From NCBI GenBank assembly GCA_964448725.1, contig CAYVAJ010000001.1:7525-71524 (forward strand): 64,000 bases of DNA, given 5' to 3'. A model generated the notes under the pieces. That model made no database searches, had not been told where the DNA came from, and was given only the letters and a program-made list of their open reading frames with translations. The DNA comes from an uncultured Gammaproteobacteria bacterium (GTDB taxonomy: Bacteria; Patescibacteriota; Microgenomatia; Levybacterales; GWA1-39-11). Positions 50,281 to 60,016 of the stretch are shown here, piece by piece (within the stretch, counting starts at the first letter, position 1; each line of letters begins with the position of its first letter). A program made the translations under genes and the position numbers.

Positions 50281-51806
50281 GGAGAAAAATGTTGTAATTT
50301 AGGACGATATTGAAGTGCTTCAAGCACATGATCTGCCGTTATATCTGTTGAAGTAGCAAGATCTGCAATTGTCCGAGCAATCTTTATTACTTTATAATAT
50401 GATCGTGCAGAAAGCGAGAGTTTTTCCATGGCATGAGTTAGAATTTCCTTTGCCTCAGGTGTTATTCGTGCAAATTCTTTCAAATCTTTACTTCCCATCT
50501 CACTATTCGTAAAAATCTTCTTATTTTCAAATCGTGTTTCTTGGATTTTCCGGGCTGCCTGTATCCGTTGGCGCACCGTATGAGAATCCTCGCCATTTTC
50601 ATTATCATTCACCAGCTTTTCTGTTTTTACTGAAGGGACATCTATATGAATATCAATTCTATCCATAATCGGTCCTGATAATTTTTTTTGATACTTAAGT
50701 ATTTGGAATTGAGTACATTGACAAGTACGTGTTGGATCCCCTAAATAACCACATGGACATGGATTTAATGCTGCCACCAACATAAAACGTGCAGGAAAAG
50801 TAACCCTGTCACGAGCACGAGAAATTACTACATATCCATCTTCTAACGGCTGCCGCATTGCTTCAAGTACCATTCGAGTAAATTCTGGGAACTCATCCAA
50901 GAAGAGTATTCCTCTATGTGCAAGAGAAATTTCACCTGGTCTAGGATTTGCAGATCCGCCAATAATTCCCACATGGGAACTTGTGTGATGAGGGCTTCTA
51001 AATGGACGGGTTTTTATAATCTCATCATATTCAAGCATACCTGCCGCACTATACATTTTAGTTACTTCCAGTGCTTCATCAAATGAAAGCGGAGGAAGAA
51101 TTGAAGGAATTGTTTTGGCAATAAGTGTTTTTCCTGCTCCTGGCGATCCTTTTAGTAAAATATTGTGTCCTCCAGCTACGGCCACTTCTATCGCTCGTTT
51201 TACGAACTCTTGCCCATGAATATCTTTCATATCATGAGAATATGCAGTGGCACTTATATGCGCAGAGTATGGAATATGGGGAACAGGATCAAGCAGTGAC
51301 TGTCCAGTTAAATGAAGGTATACTGATTTTAAGTCCCTCACTCCATACACATCAACACCTGAGATAATTGCTGCTTCCCGTGCATTTTCCTGAGGGATAA
51401 ACACTGACGTAATACCATGCTGTTTCGCAAGCAAGACCATAGGTAGAACTCCTTTTGTCCGCCTGAGTGATCCATCAAGAGATAACTCACCAAGAAACAA
51501 ATATTTATCAAAGTCTGTCTGTAATTGTCCGCTGGCAGCAAGTATTGATACTGCTATGGGCAAATCAAATAATGATCCTTCTTTCGGAAGATCACTTGGA
51601 GCAAGGTTTACAGTAATACGTCTAGCAGGAAGATCTGCACCCGTATTTTGGAGAGCAGACCGAACTCGATCACGTGATTCTTCAACCGCTTTATCAGGAA
51701 GACCAACAATGGTAAACGCTGGTAACCCATTGAGGATATCTGTCTCAACTTGCACAAATACACCATCTAAACCAACTAGCGCACAAGATAAAACTCGAGC
51801 TACCAT
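50277..51806 (-). CDS. comM: YifB/ComM Mg-chelatase-like AAA+ ATPase
   Basis: VGLPD.AV.ESR.R, GSPGAGKT, PFRSPHH, NPCPCG; start refined (TATACT-6-ATG). Confidence 0.92.
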   Translation of the reverse strand: MVARVLSCALVGLDGVFVQVETDILNGLPAFTIVGLPDKAVEESRDRVRSALQNTGADLPARRITVNLAPSDLPKEGSLFDLPIAVSILAASGQLQTDFDKYLFLGELSLDGSLRRTKGVLPMVLLAKQHGITSVFIPQENAREAAIISGVDVYGVRDLKSVYLHLTGQSLLDPVPHIPYSAHISATAYSHDMKDIHGQEFVKRAIEVAVAGGHNILLKGSPGAGKTLIAKTIPSILPPLSFDEALEVTKMYSAAGMLEYDEIIKTRPFRSPHHTSSHVGIIGGSANPRPGEISLAHRGILFLDEFPEFTRMVLEAMRQPLEDGYVVISRARDRVTFPARFMLVAALNPCPCGYLGDPTRTCQCTQFQILKYQKKLSGPIMDRIDIHIDVPSVKTEKLVNDNENGEDSHTVRQRIQAARKIQETRFENKKIFTNSEMGSKDLKEFARITPEAKEILTHAMEKLSLSARSYYKVIKIARTIADLATSTDITADHVLEALQYRPKLQHFSP

Positions 51807-51875
51807 ATCATCAGTATAAAAAAAGGCAAGATACAACGCAAAGACTGTTTTTGGCGTGATACAATACGATCAACC

Positions 51876-53651
51876 ATGAACGATGTAGATACAGTAAAAC
51901 AAAAAATTGACCTCATTGACTATATTGGAAGATTCGTGGAACTTGCTCGTGCAGGAAGAAATTTTAAAGGCTTATGTCCCTTTCATAGCGAAAAATCCCC
52001 CTCATTTATGGTGTCTGCTGAACGACAAATTTGGCATTGTTTTGGCTGTCAAAAAGGAGGAGATGCCTTTTCATTTCTTATGGAATATGAAAAAATAGAT
52101 TTTGCTGAAAGCCTCAAAATACTTGCAAAAGAGGTGGGAGTTACTCTAACTCAACCTGTATACCGCACTGAATCAGAACAGAAAAAAGACACCTTATATA
52201 CAATTAATGCAACCGTTGCACAATTTTATCATTACTTACTCACTGAACATCCTGTTGGAAAACAAGCACTTACTTATTTAACTGAGGACAGGGATATGCC
52301 ATCGGGGTTGATTAATAAATTTCAGCTTGGATATGCTCCTCATAAATCGACTGCCTTAGTTGATTATCTGATAAAAAAACGCGGATATAAAACTGAGGAT
52401 ATACAAGCTGCAGGACTTGCCTCTGCTGGACGAGGAAAGCTTACTGATTTTTTTAACCATCGAATCATTTTTCCTATTCAGGATGTCAGAGGAAACATCA
52501 TCGCTTTTTCAGGAAGAGCACTGGATAACGAAACCTTGCCGAAATACATCAACACGAGAGAGACAATGATTTATAAAAAAAGTTCGTCACTTTTTGGGAT
52601 ATTTTTTGCAAAAGATGCAATGCGAAAAGAAAATAAAGTTCTGGTTGTCGAGGGAGAATTTGATGTGATTAGCAGTGTAAAAGAGGGCATAGCACATGTA
52701 GTAGCATTGAAAGGAACAGCATTAACAGAAGATCAGATAAAATTACTGAAACGATATGTCACCAAAGTATTATTTTGTTTTGATTCTGATCTTGCAGGAA
52801 CTGCTGCTCAAAAACGATCAATTGCATTACTGGAAAAAGAAGGTTTGTCAGCAGCAGTTATAGTCCCTCCTGAAGGGAAAGATCCTGATGAATTACTACG
52901 AGAAAACCCTAGCCTCTTTAAAAAGGCGTTAAAAACAGAAGTAAGCGTGTATGATTTTTTAATTGATTCAGCAAAACGTGCAGTAGATCCACATACTCCT
53001 GAAGGGAAAAAAGCAGTACTTGATGAAACATTACCCATGTTATCTCAGATTGATAATGAAGTCATAAAAGAGCATTATTTAAAAAAACTTGCTCAGACAC
53101 TGGAAACATCATATGAATCTGTCCTTCGTCAAAGTAATAAAACTATCTCTAAACCAAGAATAGTTCCTAATATTCCTAAAAAAGAAGCACGAACCCGAGA
53201 AGAAATTACCGAGACTTATTTTCTCGCACTTATGGTACAAGCAAAAAATCCTTATAATGCAATAACTCAAACAATGCCAATATTTGATGGTATAGAACTA
53301 ACATATCCTGCATATCAACGACTATGGACAGAGCTTCTTCAATTCACCCAAGAAAAAAAATCCTTTTCTTTAGATGAATTCTCAAAACAGCTTCCATCTG
53401 AACTCATTGAGACCTTTGACGCATGTTGTCTGGCACCACTTCCTGATTTTGAGACAAAAGAAGACTTTGAGAAAGAAATAAAGAAGGTCGCAACTGATGC
53501 AGCAACACTTGCAGTGCGTAATAAAATAAAATTAATCACTCAACAGGTTCAAGAGTTGGAAAAAAATCCAAATGATGATACAATGACAGAACTGCAAGCA
53601 GAATTTAGCAAGTATACCCAACGTCTTGCGGCAATTAAGCGTGCCTCTTGA
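51876..53651 (+). CDS. dnaG: DNA primase
   Basis: CPFH...CFGC zinc finger, KYIN, VEGEFD, FDSD, KDPD. Confidence 0.96.
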   Translation: MNDVDTVKQKIDLIDYIGRFVELARAGRNFKGLCPFHSEKSPSFMVSAERQIWHCFGCQKGGDAFSFLMEYEKIDFAESLKILAKEVGVTLTQPVYRTESEQKKDTLYTINATVAQFYHYLLTEHPVGKQALTYLTEDRDMPSGLINKFQLGYAPHKSTALVDYLIKKRGYKTEDIQAAGLASAGRGKLTDFFNHRIIFPIQDVRGNIIAFSGRALDNETLPKYINTRETMIYKKSSSLFGIFFAKDAMRKENKVLVVEGEFDVISSVKEGIAHVVALKGTALTEDQIKLLKRYVTKVLFCFDSDLAGTAAQKRSIALLEKEGLSAAVIVPPEGKDPDELLRENPSLFKKALKTEVSVYDFLIDSAKRAVDPHTPEGKKAVLDETLPMLSQIDNEVIKEHYLKKLAQTLETSYESVLRQSNKTISKPRIVPNIPKKEARTREEITETYFLALMVQAKNPYNAITQTMPIFDGIELTYPAYQRLWTELLQFTQEKKSFSLDEFSKQLPSELIETFDACCLAPLPDFETKEDFEKEIKKVATDAATLAVRNKIKLITQQVQELEKNPNDDTMTELQAEFSKYTQRLAAIKRAS

Positions 53652-53683
53652 ATAGGCTTGTAGTTTTTTGTTACAATAGAGCA

Positions 53684-54775
53684 ATGCCGCAACCCCAAAA
53701 TATTAAAAATTCCAAAATTGAAGAACTTCTAGCAACCGCAAAAAAGCGTGGATACATATCACAAGATGAAATCCTAACTGCGTTTCCTCAACCAGAAAAT
53801 CACATTCTTGAGCTTGATAGCCTCTATGATCAGTTGATTAAAAAAGAAATTGATATTTTTGAGACAGTCGAAGAAGAAAAAGATGCGCAGAAATCAATGG
53901 ATGATTTAGAGAAAGAACTAGAAGCTCTTAATATTATTCAGGGTGGGGCAGTTACAGATCCAGTTCGCATGTATCTCAAAGAAATCGGTCGTATTCCACT
54001 TCTTACTTTTGACCAAGAAGTTGACCTTGCAAAAAGACTTGAAGCAGGAGATATGTCAGCCCGCAAAAAGCTTGTTGAGTCGAACTTAAGACTCGTTGTT
54101 TCAATTGCTAAAAAATATGTTGGAAGGGGAATGGGTTTGTTAGATCTTATTCAAGAAGGAAATCAAGGATTAATCCGCGCAGTTGAAAAATATGATTGGA
54201 AAAAAGGTTTCAAGTTCTCAACATATGCAACCTGGTGGATTAGACAAGCAATTACCCGTGCAATTGCCGATCAAGCCAGAACAATTCGTATTCCAGTACA
54301 CATGGTCGAAAATATTAACCGATTCATGCGCGTTCAACGAAAACTCATGCAAGAGCTCGGTCGGCAACCTACCCCTGAAGAAATATCAGAAGTACTTGAA
54401 ATCGAACCAGATAAAGCTCGGGAAATCATCAAAATTTCGCAACAACCAACAAGTCTTGATACACCAGTCGGTGATGAAGAGGATTCATATCTTGGTGATT
54501 TTATATATGACGTCACTGCACCTACTCTTTTTGACACGGCTTCTCGCGGTTTATTAAAAGAACAGCTCAACTCAGTACTTGGCACACTATCTGACCGTGA
54601 ACGGCGAGTTATTGAAGAACGCTTTGGACTCCGAGATGGAAAACCAAAAACATTAGAAGAGGTTGGTCGTATGTTTGCAGTTACCCGTGAACGTATTCGC
54701 CAGATCGAAGCGAAAGCTCTCCGTAAATTAAGACATCCTTCTCGAGGTAACAAACTAAAAGACTATCTAGAATAA
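53684..54775 (+). CDS. rpoD: RNA polymerase primary sigma factor
   Basis: [39 protein letters not shown]; start refined (TACAAT-6-ATG). Confidence 0.96.
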   Translation: MPQPQNIKNSKIEELLATAKKRGYISQDEILTAFPQPENHILELDSLYDQLIKKEIDIFETVEEEKDAQKSMDDLEKELEALNIIQGGAVTDPVRMYLKEIGRIPLLTFDQEVDLAKRLEAGDMSARKKLVESNLRLVVSIAKKYVGRGMGLLDLIQEGNQGLIRAVEKYDWKKGFKFSTYATWWIRQAITRAIADQARTIRIPVHMVENINRFMRVQRKLMQELGRQPTPEEISEVLEIEPDKAREIIKISQQPTSLDTPVGDEEDSYLGDFIYDVTAPTLFDTASRGLLKEQLNSVLGTLSDRERRVIEERFGLRDGKPKTLEEVGRMFAVTRERIRQIEAKALRKLRHPSRGNKLKDYLE

Positions 54776-54815
54776 AATTGACCAAAGCTGGTGTTCAGTA
54801 TATAATCCCCACATT

Positions 54816-56051
54816 ATGGCAATTGAACAATCTCCTCATACGAACGGAGCAGAAGATCAAGAGCGCATTCCTACAAGTCTTGCACTCATAGAAGATAATG
54901 AGCAAGAAATAAGCATCCTAATTGGACCACAAAATCCTTTACAGCCATCAGAACACGAGTATGTCGCTCATGTATTAAAAAATCTACAAGATAGAATTAT
55001 CGATGTGTCTGAAGAATCATCGTATGATATTGACGATGTAGGGTATATCCTTCGAGAAATTGGTAAATATCCACTTCTCACAGAACATGAGGAGAGAATT
55101 CTTACCTCATCATATCGCCGAATTAACCAGGAAATTAAAAATCTTATCAAAATCAATTCAGATGATGAATTTGAAGATAATAGTTTTGAAATAAACACAG
55201 ATACTATGTCTGATAAAGAAAAGGAGTTTTTCTTACATGAAGGGGATATAACAGAAATATCTGAAAAATACGAAAGCAAAGATTATTCTGAAGAAGAAAT
55301 AAAAGAAAAATTATCTATCCTTTACCCCTCTCGGAATATAATCAGAGACACACTCGTGAATCATAATCTGCGCCTCGTATTTAGTATTGCAAAAAAACAT
55401 ACTGGACGAGGAATATCTCTACCTGATCTTTTCAATGAAGGAAGTATTGGATTAATGTCTGCAATAGAGAGATTTCAACCTGAACTTGGATATAGATTCT
55501 CAACTTACGCTACTTTTTGGATACGACAAGGAATAGGGCGAAGCATAGCAGATACTAGCAGAACAATAAGACTCCCTGTTCATGAATATGATTTTTTTAA
55601 TAAAATAAGGAACACTGATTCTGCTCTATCTTTAAAACTCGGAAGGAAGCCAACCCTGGATGAAATCGCAGTAGAAATGGACGTACCGCAAAAAGAAATA
55701 GAAAAACGTTATAGTAGCGCAGCCCATAAATTAACCACCAGTATTCATACCATTGTGAATGACGAAAAAAAAAGTGAGTTGGGAAATTTCATACCAGATC
55801 CTGATGATCAAATAGAACACATAATTGAGAATGCAGATTATGAAACAATTATTAAGATCGCTCAAGATCTTTTAACTGAACGGGAGTTTGATGTTTTTAT
55901 GAGAAGAGTTGCAACACATCCATCTGAACGTGAAACACTAGACGATGTGGGAAAATTACATGGAATATCCAGAGAAAGAATTCGACAAATTGAGGTAAAA
56001 TCAATGAGGAAAATGGCAAAGGCTCTTAAAGGAAAAGGATACTCTCTTTAA
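54816..56051 (+). CDS. Second sigma-70 factor (RpoD/RpoS-like paralogue)
   Basis: Region 1.2 (YILREIGKYPLLT), region 2 (NLRLV...FSTYATFWIRQ), region 3, region 4 (SRERIRQIE); own promoter TTGACC-17-TATAAT. Confidence 0.88.
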   Translation: MAIEQSPHTNGAEDQERIPTSLALIEDNEQEISILIGPQNPLQPSEHEYVAHVLKNLQDRIIDVSEESSYDIDDVGYILREIGKYPLLTEHEERILTSSYRRINQEIKNLIKINSDDEFEDNSFEINTDTMSDKEKEFFLHEGDITEISEKYESKDYSEEEIKEKLSILYPSRNIIRDTLVNHNLRLVFSIAKKHTGRGISLPDLFNEGSIGLMSAIERFQPELGYRFSTYATFWIRQGIGRSIADTSRTIRLPVHEYDFFNKIRNTDSALSLKLGRKPTLDEIAVEMDVPQKEIEKRYSSAAHKLTTSIHTIVNDEKKSELGNFIPDPDDQIEHIIENADYETIIKIAQDLLTEREFDVFMRRVATHPSERETLDDVGKLHGISRERIRQIEVKSMRKMAKALKGKGYSL

Positions 56052-56095
56052 ATTCTTTGCATTTCAGATTCAATATTGTATAATCGAAAAACGAT

Positions 56096-56375
56096 TCCGC
56101 GATAGCTCAATGGTAGAGCAGGTCGCTGTAAACATAAATGCAGCTCTCGGTAGAAATGCCGAGATGATAACTGGGCTAATTCGGGGAAACCCACACCAAT
56201 AGGTGTTGGGCGATCCCGAGCTAAATTGATGCACAATCTAGTACATCATAAATGTGTAGAGACTATATACCCAGGATCTAAATCGAAAGACATGATCAAG
56301 AGATAGTCCAAGCCTTTTGGTAACAAGAGGAAACTTGTAACGACAAGGTTCTAGGTTCGAATCCTAGTCGCGGAG
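56096..56375 (+). tRNA. tRNA-Asn(GTT), split by a group I intron (exons 56096-56129 and 56338-56375)
   Basis: Spliced product TCCGCGATAGCTCAATGGTAGAGCAGGTCGCTGT^TAACGACAAGGTTCTAGGTTCGAATCCTAGTCGCGGAG folds as a cloverleaf with GTT anticodon and G73. Confidence 0.9.
56130..56337 (+). ncRNA. Group I intron (208 nt, no ORF)
   Basis: P1 GCTGT/GCAGC with U.G at the 5' splice site; P2 CTCGGT/GCCGAG; P3 CTGGG/CCCAG; P and Q AATTCGGGGAA/GATCCCGAG; P7 GACTA/TAGTC; P9 hairpin; terminal G at 56337. Confidence 0.9.
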
Positions 56376-57932
56376 CCCATTAGTCGTTAATATACCCAAT
56401 TTGGCCTTGTTTAGGACATCTATAACTGGCTGATACTGTATATTAACGACTTTTTTGTTTTCAATTAGGATTTTTTCAAAGAAGAAGTTCAAATAGGCAC
56501 GTTTCGCATTAGTATCTGCTTCCTTATAGGTTGTGGCTATATCCCGTGTTAGTGCTAGTACATCATCAACAATTTTGACATCGATAGTACGGATTTTATT
56601 TATATCCGCTAGCTCTTTTTGAACCTCTAGCATTTCTGCATCAATTTTGGCGTTTAGAACCATAAACCTATCCCGTGTAATAGTTCCTTCTAGTAGCTCT
56701 TCCTCCAATCGTTCCCGCTTTATTTCTAGGGCATCTCTGCGGTTGTAGGATCCCTTTTTGGCTACTTTCACCCGCTCATTGGTATTCTCATATACCTTAC
56801 GGACATTACGCTTTACTGCTTCTATGAATTCTTGGCTAAATTGTAGCTTTTCAACTTCTTTCTCTACCTGTTTTTCCAATTCGTCTATTTCAACATAGCT
56901 AGTAGGGCATTTATGGACACGGCCAATGCCACTGCAATGATAATAGCCAATCCTGCCACCCCTGTTAGCAAATTTCTTCTCATTAACATGCCATTCTGCC
57001 GTGTATCGTTTATCACATAGATTGCAAATAGCCACACCTCGTAATAGGAAATTATGCTTCCGTTGCCTAATGCCAAAATCACCTTTTCTTCGTAGTGTGT
57101 ACTGGACTATATCGAATGTCTTTTTATCAATTAGTGGGATATGTTTTCCCATAGCTTCCATGCCTCCGTATCGCATCCATCCCCAATAAAAAGGGTTCTT
57201 TAAGATGTTGTGCATTAGTGAATAGGCTAATGGCCTTCCTGTTTTGCCTCGCACTCCACTATTGTGCAAGTATTCACGAACTGAAAATATTGAATGGCTG
57301 CCTGTTGCGTACATCTTAAATGCTTGGGTAATGAATGGTGCGGTTTGTGGATCAGGAACAATTATGCGTTTGTCATACGATCCCGTAGGGTTCTTATTGA
57401 CTACATTCATATAACCAACAATAGCTACTGATGGGTAATATCCCGCTTTGAATTTCTCGGCTGCTGTTTGTTTGACTTTATAACTGGTTAGTCTTGGTTG
57501 TATTGAATGGACTACCGCTATCATTTCGTCCATAACTTCGGATAGCGGATTATCATCCATGCTTACAGATCCTGTTAATGGAACAATAGTAGTACCGTGT
57601 TTCTTTAGAGTTTGTTTGATAAATAAATACTCATAGGTGTTTCTTGCTACCCGTGAACTATCCTGCACAATTACATAGTCAATATCTCCTTTTGCACATC
57701 TGGCTAGGATTGCTTGAAATGCGGTTCGTTTATCTAAAGATGTACCGCTAATGCCACCATCAACATATATTTCTTCTGCCAACTCACCACCCAATTCTTC
57801 AACCTTTCCTAATATCTTTGTCTTTTGAACATCTAAACTCAATCCGTTATCACGCTGGCCAACTGTGGAAACCCTGCCATATCCTAAACATCGGGGAATA
57901 TTATTAGTATGCTGGATAGTATCAATTCTCAT
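56364..57932 (-). CDS. Large serine recombinase (integrase)
   Basis: YGRVST catalytic Ser, DSSRVARN, recombinase domain (ILKNPFYWG), zinc ribbon CNLC...C...C, coiled coil. Confidence 0.93.
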   Translation of the reverse strand: MRIDTIQHTNNIPRCLGYGRVSTVGQRDNGLSLDVQKTKILGKVEELGGELAEEIYVDGGISGTSLDKRTAFQAILARCAKGDIDYVIVQDSSRVARNTYEYLFIKQTLKKHGTTIVPLTGSVSMDDNPLSEVMDEMIAVVHSIQPRLTSYKVKQTAAEKFKAGYYPSVAIVGYMNVVNKNPTGSYDKRIIVPDPQTAPFITQAFKMYATGSHSIFSVREYLHNSGVRGKTGRPLAYSLMHNILKNPFYWGWMRYGGMEAMGKHIPLIDKKTFDIVQYTLRRKGDFGIRQRKHNFLLRGVAICNLCDKRYTAEWHVNEKKFANRGGRIGYYHCSGIGRVHKCPTSYVEIDELEKQVEKEVEKLQFSQEFIEAVKRNVRKVYENTNERVKVAKKGSYNRRDALEIKRERLEEELLEGTITRDRFMVLNAKIDAEMLEVQKELADINKIRTIDVKIVDDVLALTRDIATTYKEADTNAKRAYLNFFFEKILIENKKVVNIQYQPVIDVLNKAKLGILTTNGLRD

Positions 57933-57966
57933 AATTCTCTAGTATTTCAATCATCGCTGATTAAAC

Positions 57967-58146
57967 TCAGGCTGGATTCAGCTTAGGAAATTTAGCCGAT
58001 TTCTGTAAGCCTTTCTTATCTTTTGACAGTAGGAAATCAACCATCATTTCAACCCATTTCTCCGCCAACATATCTATGTCATCCTCACGGAGGGGAGTAG
58101 CATTTTTAAGTCGCGTGTTGTTGGTGTTCTTACCGATCTTCTTCAT
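57967..58146 (-). CDS. Small hypothetical protein (59 aa) upstream of the integrase
   Basis: Manual translation MKKIGKNTNN...DIDMLAEKWVEMMVDFLL...KLNPA; below the ORF-track cutoff. Confidence 0.45.
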   Translation of the reverse strand: MKKIGKNTNNTRLKNATPLREDDIDMLAEKWVEMMVDFLLSKDKKGLQKSAKFPKLNPA

Positions 58147-58330
58147 GTTAGTTACTGCTTGGATTAATATCCCTATTTACAAGAAATATGCGACTCGCGA
58201 ATGTATGCGGGGATGTGGGTATTGCGAAAAACTGACTCTTAGTAGTCTTACGATTCTGCCTTAAATGACTGTTAATGAGTCTTTTACAAGAATAAAGTGA
58301 GGAATTACATTGAGGTAAATAAACTATGCT

Positions 58331-58390
58331 ATGTGTACATATGTATACATAAGTTATGTAAACATTTAGTCCATATAAGTGAGTAAACAT
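58331..58390. repeat. Array of ATGT-NN-ACAT palindromes
   Basis: ATGTGTACAT 58331, ATGTATACAT 58341, ATGTAAACAT 58356, GAGTAAACAT 58381. Confidence 0.55.
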
Positions 58391-58430
58391 AAGATTGTTG
58401 TTTGATGTAATGTTTGTAATAGGCATAGAA

Positions 58431-58796
58431 TTAGAAAGGTATTTCGTCAGGATCTATATCTTCAATTTTCGGCGACAAAGCATTTTCGATTAGCTCGTAC
58501 TCTTTGGGATGATAGTGTTCTTTAGCTTTTTGCTTGAACTCTTGGATTACTTGTGCTGTCAGGTTTTTGAATTTAGCCTCATCGAGAACAATAAAACTTT
58601 TTTGATTACCAAATTTACCAAGGGAGGGCATGGTAAAAAATAATTCAGTTTTGTTACCTTTCCAAAATATCGGACAAAATCTCACTTCCGCTTCTTGGTT
58701 GAGGTTCAGTGTGACAATCGCAAGGGGGTTTTCATCAATACCTCGAAATTTTATTTTTATTGTTAAGAAATCAAAAATGCTCATTTCCATATTCAT
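58431..58796 (-). CDS. SpoVG-like nucleic-acid-binding protein with SSB-type acidic tail
   Basis: LFFTMPS resembles the SpoVG LFxAMPS motif; ends in DIDPDEIPF. Confidence 0.55.
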   Translation of the reverse strand: MNMEMSIFDFLTIKIKFRGIDENPLAIVTLNLNQEAEVRFCPIFWKGNKTELFFTMPSLGKFGNQKSFIVLDEAKFKNLTAQVIQEFKQKAKEHYHPKEYELIENALSPKIEDIDPDEIPF

Positions 58797-58812
58797 AAAA
58801 AAGACAGCTATT

Positions 58813-59070
58813 TTAGCTGCCTAGATATAAAAGATGCTTCAATTGTTTTAGTGATGCTTGGAATCTCGTCGGTTCAACTCTTGCCTCCATTTTGGAGAAT
58901 TTAGCCACAAGCCGTAAGCAATTATCAGTGTTAGGAAATAGAAAGGTTCCACGATTGGTTAAATCTCTATTAATTCCGCTTAGTTCAATGCCTTCTGTTA
59001 GAAGAAATGCTGCAAGTCCAATATCAGTTGTTTTGAAGAATTTATCATCCTGCATTTTCATAGTAACCAC
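58813..59070 (-). CDS. DUF5659-like small MGE protein
   Basis: FKTTDIGLAAFL...F.F...VEP..F...LKQLK pattern. Confidence 0.6.
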   Translation of the reverse strand: MVTMKMQDDKFFKTTDIGLAAFLLTEGIELSGINRDLTNRGTFLFPNTDNCLRLVAKFSKMEARVEPTRFQASLKQLKHLLYLGS

Positions 59071-59127
59071 ATTGTCCTAAAAATGCGGATGAATTCGAAT
59101 GAAACTTACAAACTCGTAAAATGCAGG

Positions 59128-59922
59128 TTAGATTGCGAGAAGTTTTTTATAGTAGGTTACGCCTTTTAGAATTCTGTTCTCGTCAGAACCAGAATCGGAA
59201 GAATCAACATTAGGATTATCCATCCATTCTGTTGCAATTTGAACATATGTTTTACCAGCTAAATGTTGCCAATACCATTCACGATATGCACGAATTTTGT
59301 TAACCTTATCAACACGTGGCTTGTAATAAGAAAGCTTTTTATCTGTTTTTAATAGGTATCTAGCAAACCTTACCTGTTCTTTGATCTCAACATCTGTAGA
59401 CGTTGGAGAAACGGAAATCACAACTTGCGGAAGTTGAAAGCTTCCCGTAGTGGTTTGTAACCAATCATTTTCAACAATATGGTATTTTGTAGGATAAAAA
59501 TAATCACCATCAACTGCACCACATAGTAATGCTTGAAGTACAGGTACTAGAAAATATGGTGGACGGCTAAAAATATAACATAGGATTACTGCATCTGTTT
59601 CTAGTTTTTGATATAGCTCTGCATCATTGTCCTCTAAATTAGTCAGGAATGTTTCATTTTGTTTTGCATATTCCTTCAAGCCCTTAATGTCCTCATATAG
59701 CGACATATCGAATCTACCACGATCAACACTATCAAAAGAGTTAATAACTTCATCGTATTTATCCAATGGTGCTAGTTTTAAGTGGTATTTATTCCTTATT
59801 TTTGGTAGCCATTCCAAAAATTCTGGTTTATCAAACAGTATGGATAGCTCTAGGAAATTTCTATCATTATCGGTTTGAACATCAATTTTTAGCCGTGCCA
59901 AATCCTCATACTTCATTTTCAT
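59128..59922 (-). CDS. Hypothetical protein with possible C-terminal HTH
   Basis: 264-aa ORF; C-terminal 'GKTYVQIA...ENRILKGV' helix pattern. Confidence 0.6.
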   Translation of the reverse strand: MKMKYEDLARLKIDVQTDNDRNFLELSILFDKPEFLEWLPKIRNKYHLKLAPLDKYDEVINSFDSVDRGRFDMSLYEDIKGLKEYAKQNETFLTNLEDNDAELYQKLETDAVILCYIFSRPPYFLVPVLQALLCGAVDGDYFYPTKYHIVENDWLQTTTGSFQLPQVVISVSPTSTDVEIKEQVRFARYLLKTDKKLSYYKPRVDKVNKIRAYREWYWQHLAGKTYVQIATEWMDNPNVDSSDSGSDENRILKGVTYYKKLLAI

Positions 59923-60016
59923 GCTAACTACATTTTACAAGAAAAAATGGATACACCCTATAGAGCCGAGCAATTTGATACAAAATCAGGTAAAATACTC
60001 ACTTAGTGGGGAAATT

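Noticed and set aside
56096-56135. Apparent tRNA-Tyr(GTA) half or pseudo-tRNA (loop CTGTAAA)
   Set aside because: The A after GT is the first intron base. P1 pairing and the terminal G fix the junction as GT^T, giving Asn. The short variable loop and G73 also fit Asn, not bacterial Tyr.
56048-56236. 62-aa minus-strand ORF as an intron homing endonuclease
   Set aside because: It is antisense to the tRNA and intron, too short, and has no LAGLIDADG, HNH or GIY-YIG motif.
58148-58426. 92-aa minus-strand ORF in the island
   Set aside because: It translates the palindrome array; low complexity and more plausibly regulatory DNA.
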